Shown here: positions 31,001-40,000 of the stretch, piece after piece
How positions within the stretch are numbered: the stretch's first letter is position 1
Layout: each line of letters begins with the position of its first letter
From: Aureliella sp.
GTDB taxonomy: Bacteria; Planctomycetota; Planctomycetia; Pirellulales; Pirellulaceae
NCBI GenBank assembly: GCA_963691875.1
Contig: OY829846.1
Coordinates: 3,200,001 to 3,264,000, forward strand
DNA length: 64,000 bases
Direction: 5' to 3'
The notes under the pieces: generated by a model
The model's database searches: none
Seen by the model: only the letters and a program-made list of their open reading frames with translations
Told to the model about the DNA's origin: nothing
Program-made: the position numbers and the translations under genes

Positions 31001-34000
31001 TACCGGCTTCCACACTAATGCCAATGATCGAGTTGGTGGTACGGTTGAAATCATCGGTCAGCCTGGTTTCCCAGTGGTTCTAACCAGCTTCCACGACGAT
31101 ACAGTTGGTGCAGGCCTACAGCCTGACGGAACACCACAAACGGACACGAACAACAACGGTATCAGCTCGGTTCCGCGATCAGCAGATTGGCGAAGTGTTC
31201 TTTTGGATCAGTTCTCCAATGACCAAAACGTAGAACGTATCCTGGAGTCGGAGTCTGCGACTGCGATTGCTCCCGGACCGAACAGCCTCGCGTCAACAGC
31301 GCAAGTTCTTGGTAATCTCGCTGCAAACGACACCAGCAGTGACGAAAACAACATGCGTCAAGGCTTCTCAGTCCTAGGAGCTCTCTCTGAGCCGACTGAC
31401 GTTGACGTTTACAGCTTCACCGCCGAAGCAGGCACAGAAGTTTGGTTGGACGTCGACAACACGCGTCACAGCCTAGACCTCACGATTGAGCTCCTGAATG
31501 CTGACGGCGACCTGTTAGCCCGCAGTGACGATTCCAACGTCGAAACAACCAACGCCAGTTTGATTACCAAGACTGCGGCAATTGTTCCAACGTTTGTAAA
31601 CCCGCTGAATGAAGCGGTCGGCGACTTCCGCACAAATGCGAGCGGCTCGTTTAAAGAGTACGGTTCGACGAACCCTCGGGATGCCGGGTTGCGAGTCTTG
31701 CTTCCTGGTGCGACGGGTGCTCGTACGACATTCCACTTCCGAGTTCGAAGTGCTAGTATCAACCCCGAGAATTTTAACGCCGGTTTGACGAGTGGTTCGT
31801 ATGAAGTTCAAGTTCGTACGGGTGCAGCTCAGGACTTCCCGGGTTCGACCATTCAGTACGCAGATATTCGTTATGCTACGAACGGGGTTCACTTGCAAGG
31901 CTTGCCTGGGCACTCGCCGCTCTTGGGCGAAGTCCAGGAAGATGAGTCATCAGTTGGTGGTGGCGGATACGCAAACAATGATGTGAATGCACTGAATAAC
32001 GAGAACGCTGGAGATGCGCTTATTGCCACTCCAGGTGCTCGAGATCAGTACATCGGAAACATTTTAGCGCAGGACCGTGCTACCCTGAGCATTGGTGGCC
32101 AGTTGGCGTCTCCATTCGACCTGGATTTCTATCGCTTTGACGTTCAATATGTTGGCCAAGCTCGGAATTCGCTCGACTCCGCGCAACTGGTCTTCGACAT
32201 GGACTACGCGGATGGACTCAACCGTGCGGATACCAGCTTATCGGTCTTCCGGGTCACACCTGGATTCAACGAGCCGAACTATCAGTTGGTTCTGTTTGCG
32301 GAAGACAGCAATATTGCTGACGACATCCGAAGCCCACTTGAGCTAACGGATATCGCCGACATGAGCCGCGGATCAGTCGGTCCAAAGGATCCGTTTATCG
32401 GCTCCGTTGGTCTACCAGAAGGTCAGTATGCTGTGGCGGTTTCCCCGGCTGGCCGCATTCCTGCGGCGTTGAATGATGCTGGCACGCGTCGTACACCTCT
32501 CTACTCCGTGCTGGACAATGATTCTTTCTCCGTCAATGGAACAGGCGTCTCATCTACCTTCAATCTAGGTGGTTATTCAGCCTTGGATCTTCCAAGAGCT
32601 TACGTCACCGTCGGTGGTTTTGGAGGTGGAGACGTCTTTCTACGTGATGCGAACGGCCAGGACACCTTGATCGACACCTACGCAGGAGGTCGACAAGCGA
32701 TCCTCGAACTAGGTGATTTTGCCGGTCAAGATGGACTGCAGCTTGTCTTTACTAACGGTGGATTCACCCAAGGGATCGATCTGACCGTCGGCTTCGCAGA
32801 ACGAGGTGAGTCCATCAGTAACGCGGTTCCAGGTACAAGTTTTGTTGGGGTCCCCGTACCTCCCAGCACCCTTCAGTCTGGGGAGTACCAATTAGAAATT
32901 CGCCAGGCACGCGACACCATCGTTGACACCAACGATCGAGCTGCGAATCAAGTTACCTTGATTGCTCCGCAGGGATCAGACCTCGATGACGGTGACACGT
33001 TCCTCCTGACTGACGCTGGCAATGCCATCACTTTCGAGTTCACGACGGATCAATTCGTAACCCCCGGAAACGTTCCAGTAGCTTTCAACGGGACAGAGAG
33101 TCCGGCTGAGATTGCGACCGCCATTCGCGACGCGATCAATGATCCAGGTGTTCAGTCCCGTTTTAACCTAAAAGCATCGGGCGCAGGTGGAGAGGAAACC
33201 GCTCCAAGTACCGATGCTAGAGTTCACTTGTATGGCCGCGCTGCCGGCGAGTTTGGCAAGCTAGGCGTTCAGTACCACAGCGGCTCGAGTGATAAGAACA
33301 CGCTACGTGATCAAGGCCAAGTCTTGATCAGCAATAACTTCATTCGACACTCCAGAGACTATGGAGTCTGGACGGAGCACGGTCAGCGAAGCTCTGATCC
33401 ACGCGACAATATCGGTTCCATTTGGCCTCTCGCCGGCTCGTCCATGTCCAGTCGGCCTGCCACTGGCAACACCGCACAGGGTGCGATTCGCAACCTGCGT
33501 GAGCCAAACAATGAAGTGCTCGGTGGGTTCGCGCCCGGTATCGTCGTTGAGAATAATATTCTTGAGAGTGGTGGACTAGGTGGCGTTCATGTTGCCGGCG
33601 AGCACCCAATCTTCATGATTTCTGCAGCCTTCATTCCGGGCTGGCGAGACAATCCTGATACGCAAGGTGACCACAGCACTGGTACAAGCACCGACCCTGC
33701 GGACCACTTCGGTACCTTGGTCGAAGACGGACTTGCGATGACAATTTCGGGCGGACGAACAACCGTCGATTTCGAGTTTGAGGACATGGCGGCTGATGGC
33801 GGTGGTGGAGATGGATACGCAGACACCAACGTTCCGATTTGGTATCGCCGTGATGGCGGTGCAGCCTACTTGCGTGGCTCTGCAGGTACGGTTGGTTTCA
33901 GTGCTTTAGAAACCATGCAAGCGATCCGCGATGCGATTCACGGTAGCATTTTGACAACAAACGGGACGACGCAGACAGTTAAGGCAACTGTGGCACCATC

Positions 34001-37000
34001 CTTCCTGCCAGAAGCTCTACTTAATCCCGGTATTGGGCCATCCGCTGGATTTATCAACTACTTCAATAACCCGGCTGTCTTCATCGAAGGCGTTTCGTCA
34101 ATTGAGTTCGGCTCTAGGAACCCATTCAATTTGCAACGCATTGATGCGGCAGAAACACCGCAAGCATTCGCGCGGATCGTAAACAATACCGTGTATGGCA
34201 ATGACGGCCGAGCTTCACTCGATGGTTCGGACCGATCGGCTGAAGAGCCCAATGACTTCATCCGAGAAGCGACTCAGACTTGGCAAGGCACTGGGCATAA
34301 TCCACAGACTTACACTGCGACAGCGACCTTGGCTGGAACAGATGTAGACATCTATCAATTCAAGCTAGATATCGGCGAGCGAGTGCGAATCGACATCGAT
34401 ACACCAGCTGGTACATCGGACTTAGATTCGCTCCTCCAGATTTTTGATGAAAGTGGTATTCGCCAAACACTATTAGATGGTGCTGGCAACGAAGTGAACT
34501 TCATCGACAACGCCGCCGCTCCAGGTGAAGATCTTGGGTTGGACCCATATCTCGACTTCACTGCGACAAGACCTGGTGTGTACTACGTCGCAGTCAGCGG
34601 CAGTGGAAACGTAGAGTTTGATCCTTTGTCCATGGCAGGAAGGACCGACGCGACAACCTCTGGGCAATACGATATCAACTTACAGGTACTTCACCCGCAG
34701 GAATTCACCGTCACGGTGCAGGACCCAAGTGCTTATCCAGCTGGAAGCTTCTTCCGCGTGTATCAGGTTGCAGACTTTGCTGACGGAACAAACTTCCGCG
34801 AGTTCGAGTTTGTTGATGGCGGCGGCGGAGCGAGCAATGGAAGAATTCCAATCAACATTGACTACGCGGAATTCCGAGTTTCGGATGTTGCTCGCGCGAT
34901 CGCTGGGGCAATCTCTGCTGCAGGGATGGGAAATGCACAGGCCTTAAGCAATGGCGACTTTAATGATGCTAGCCCTCTAGCCGGCGTTACTGCCACAGCT
35001 CTAGGCGGTATCGACGGAGTTGAAGCTGGCTTGCAGCTGTTTGGAGGACGTCCCGATGGACTCGACGGGAGTCACTCTAGTCGCGGGATCGGGCATGATC
35101 GAACCGATTCAGCCGAAATAAGTGGTACTTCGGACGGAGCTGGTACTCAGGAGCGTTTTGTTGTCATAGAGAACGCAGCATGGGTCGAAGGCCGAGGAGT
35201 GATTCAGGTCAATCCAGATTTGAACGCTAGCAGTAATGTTGATCAATTGCTGCCTGAGTCTGGAGTCCTCGTTTCGGGTGGTAGCTCACCAACTTTGATG
35301 AACAACGTGTTTGTCAACGTGCAAACGCCGATCTTCTCAGAGGGCGGGACAAAGCCAGGTGAAGTGATTGTCGGTGGTTCGGCATACCAGTTTTCACAAG
35401 GTGCACCGACGAATGTACCTAACACCGGACTCGACTTTAATTTTGTCTTGCCTAACGATCACGTTGTGTTTGAAAACGCTCAGGCAAGTGTATTCTTGCC
35501 GGCTGAGAATTCACTGATCATCGACAGTAGTGTCGATTCGTTGGAAGAGCGAGAGAGCTTCCGCACGATTAAGGAAGCCGTCGGAATCGACATCTCGCCA
35601 GTTCTTGCACCAACTCACGATGCCACAGGTCAGCTACGTGTGGATGATCCATCCGTGTCTCCACCGAACGGCCCTGGTTCGGATGTCTTTAAAGATCGCG
35701 GTGCACTGGATCGAGCTGATTTTATTGGTCCAGTCGCCGAAGCCTTGCGACCGCTTGATAACGATTCGCGGGGTGACGACCAAGACACAACGGTTTCGGT
35801 AATTCAGCTTGAGAGCGGCGTATTCCCCGAATTCCGCATACAGCTAGTTGACGCCAGTGCGATTCGACCAGCACGTGGAATCAATGATCCTGGGCAAGCA
35901 GTAACTTTGTTCGAGAACGGACTCCTATTGATCGAAGGATTCGACTACAGCTTCTCGTTCAACAGCACAACCAGCGAGCTGATCTTTACGCCTCTAGCCG
36001 GTGTTTGGAAGAATGGTGCGGTTTACGAAATTGCGATCAACAACCGAGATCGCTTTGTAATTGAAGCTCCTTCGGGTGACGCATACGCCGACGGCGACAG
36101 CTTTACCATTACCGACACATCCAATGGTAAAGTATTCTTTGAGTTCGATAGTGGCTATGAACTGCAAGTCCCTCAAGGGCTTTCGATGCAGATTCCTTTA
36201 GCTGGTGGAGCTCAAGGCGGCATTGTTGATGGCGATCGATTCTCTTTAGTAATCAGTGGTGTAACCACCACCTTTGAATTCGACCGTAACAACAACCTAC
36301 TTCCTGGCAACATTCCAATCACTTTCGCCTATGGTGACACCCAGGAAGAAATCATTCAGAAGATCGTTACTGCGATTCAAGGTAGTGGTTTTGCTGTAGC
36401 ACCAAAGGTAGTCGGTGGCGGAACACTGTTCTTCGGCTCTGAACTAGGTGCTCAGCTTGACACAAACTTCACTACGATTGATCAGCCTGCAACGACTGCT
36501 GCACTGCGAGTACCAACCCTTGGGCCTCGTCCTGGTGGAGTCGTCGACGGTCAGACCTTTGTAGTCAGTGATGGTACCCGCTCGATTACGTTTGAGTATG
36601 AAACCATGGGTGGAGTTACTCCTGGCAATACTTTGGTTGATATTTCGACCGCACTGATTGCGGAAGACGTGGCCAATGCGACACTTGTGGCAATCAATAA
36701 CAGCGGACTGAATCTGAACGCGACTCTAGTGTCTCCGTTGCTAATTCACCTTGGATTAAGTGACAATGGCTCGGTCGACGCGGCGACATCTGGCCTGACT
36801 GCCGTGGGTGTAGCCCGCACACTTGGTGACGGACAAACCTTTACGGTTTCGACACCTACCGGCTCCGCAACTTACGAGTTCGATAACGATGGCTCAGTCT
36901 CGGCAGGCAACGTTGCGATCCCAATAGCAATCACGGATACAGAAGGAGAAATTGGGGAACGTATTGCATCGGCAATCGTTGGCTCATCTCTTGGACTGAG

Positions 37001-40000
37001 CCCAGCCCACGTCGGTGGCGGCAAAGTTTCCATTGGCGGCACTGTCGATGACCAGGTCGATGTGTCGAACTCGCAATTGGGACTATTCGGTGAACCAGGT
37101 GTTCGTCCTGGAACAAGACTGAACGTATTCGGTCCACTTCTGCTATCTGTACCGAACAGCGGTGGAGCGAACATTCCGGACAACGCAACCTTCGTTATCA
37201 ATGCAAACAATCAGACCGTTGTGTTTGAGTTCGACTCAGACTTTAGCGGCCCATCGTTGCCTGGCAACGTCACTATCAACTTTGATGGATTGACCACGCA
37301 AGCTGATTTGACTCTGGCGATCATCGCAGCGATCAACTCTTCCAGCCTGGGAATCACAGCCAGCAATCAAGGTGCTGGGGTTCTGAGTGTTGGAGCTCTA
37401 CAGGCCAGCGATGTCATTCTTAACGATTCGACTCTGACGACCTCCCGTGGCGTCGTGAGCGACGGTGAAGTCTTCTCCATTAGCAATGGTGTAGATCGCA
37501 TTACCTTCGAATTTGATAACGCAGATTTGGGTAATGGCTTCAATCTGGGCAACGTGCCAATCTTGTTCAACAGCACGAGCACTTCGCAGAGTGTTGTCGA
37601 AAGCATGAAGGCCGCGATCGAAAGCACTTCACTTGGTCTTAGCCCGACCGTGCTCGACTCAAGTACGCTTCAACTGAACGATACGCCTCGATTTAGCACT
37701 GATGTTTCAGCAGCCCCCACATTGCTGCAAACAGGAGTTCCAGGCGGTGCGAAGCCAGTGACGTTTATTCGGCACCCAAGCTTCACGGGTTCCGACGTGA
37801 AACAAGCTATCGTGGCTGCAATCAATGGCTCCACAGATACGAACCTTATTGCCGCTGACCGTGGGAGTAACACGCTGTTCGTTGAAAATGCTCTGAACAT
37901 CAGCCCAGAAATTGGCAGCTTCTTCCTGCAAGGGGTCGCTGACTTGGCTGGTAATCTGCTTCAGGCAAACCGCATCAACAACGAAACGCAATTCACTATC
38001 CTGATGCCAGGTGTTGCTCTGGATTACGGTGACGCGCCTGATCCTTTCACAACAACTTCTGGTCGTTACCCGACTCAGCATGAGAACGATGGTGCACGAC
38101 ACGTTGTTGGAACCGATGCCTTGCTCGGTGCGACGATTACCGCAGAGCCGGATGGCCAACCTACACCGCTCGGCGACGGGGACTTGGACGATGGTGTTAC
38201 CTTCGGTGCGAATCTGCTGCAACCTGGTGTGTTCAATCGTAATGTGTTCACATCGATTGATGTAACTCTCTCGTCGCCTGGTTTTGTCGATGCTTGGATT
38301 GACTTCAATGCGGATGGCGACTGGGATGATCCAGGAGAACAGATTCTCCGATCCGAACGATTCGACGGAAGTAGCCTGTCGCAAACCTTCATGGTAACGG
38401 TGCCATCGACCTCACCTGTGCCCAATGGCCCCACTACCACTTTTGCTCGCTTCCGTAGTAGCACAACAGGTGGCTTGATTCCGACTGGACTCTCGGTTGG
38501 TGGTGAAGTTGAAGATTATGCGGTAACCATTGTTCCTGGCGATCCACCAGTAGCAGTCAACGATACCTACACAGTGAATGAAGACGCGACGCTGACCACC
38601 ACGGACAGCACAGGCACAACCACGCCGAACTTCACAACTGATGACGGTATCGCCGCAAACGACACCGATCCAAATGGCGACAGCCTAGCAGTGGTTGTAA
38701 TTGATCCACCGCAGCATGCTTCGCTGTTCCTAATGGATTCCGATGGAACGTTTACGTACACGCCTGAGGCAGACTTCAGCGGGACTGACACCTTCACTTA
38801 TCGTGTCAACGATGGAACATTGGCTTCCAACAACATTGGAACCGTTGTGATCAACGTGGCCGAAGTCAACGACGCACCGGTCGCGGCCAACGACAGTCTT
38901 GTCATCAACGAAGACGAGTTGCTAGACATTAGCGAAGCAGACTTGTTGGCAAACGACAGTGCAGGTCCTGGAAACTCTGAGGACTCGCAGACTCTGACAA
39001 TCACTTCTGTAAGTAGTGTTTCTGCTCAGGGTGGTACGGTTCAGATCGACAACGGTCGCGTCAAATACTTGCCGCCGAGCGATTTCAGTGGCGTCGATAC
39101 CTTTGTCTACACGGTTACCGACAACGGTACGACGGCAGGAGCCGCGGCCCCACTAAGTGCATCGGCAACAGTGACTGTTACGGTCCTGGACAAGAACGAT
39201 GCTCCGACCCCAGGCAATGATTTTCTGACGACGCTAGAGGACACTCCCGCAAGCGTTTCGACTGATGATTTGATCAGCAACGACAGCCCTGGACCGGGGA
39301 ACGAATCGACTCAGGTGCTACAATTCAAATCTGCTGCAACGACCAGCCTGAACGGTGGTACAGTTTCCGTGGACACCAACAGTGGCCTGGTAACCTACAC
39401 GCCGCCTGCCGACTTTGTTGGAACTGACACGTTTACTTACGTCGTTGAAGACAACGGCCTCAGTGGTGGTCTGCCTGACCCGGCCGAAGCAACTGGAACG
39501 GTGACGGTTACTGTCACCGGAGAAAATGATGCTCCGCGTATTGCAGCTCCGTTCGGTGTTATCCCGATGCAGGAGGATGCTCCAGCACGCATCATCAACC
39601 TCAATGACATCTTTGTCGATCCGGACGTTGCTACGAGCGGTGATGTACTCACCTTCACGATCGTCGACAATGATAATGCCTCGCTGGTAACTCCTGTCAT
39701 CACTGGCTCGCAATTGCAACTGCAGCTTGAGGCGGATCAAAATGGCCAGGCATTGGTCGTAGTCAAGGCTGAGGATGCAGCTGGGCTTTCGATCCAAGAC
39801 ACTCTGACGCTGACAGTTGTCCCTGTGAACGACGCACCAAGATTGGTGCAGGCGTTGCCAGACATCACCACTGACGAAGATGTAGACCCTGCGGTAATTA
39901 CCTTGGCCCCAGACTTCTTCTTCGATCCAGATGTGACGCTCAACGGCGACTTGCTGACGTTCTCAGTCATTGGCAACAGCAATCCAGCCTTGGTCACTCC

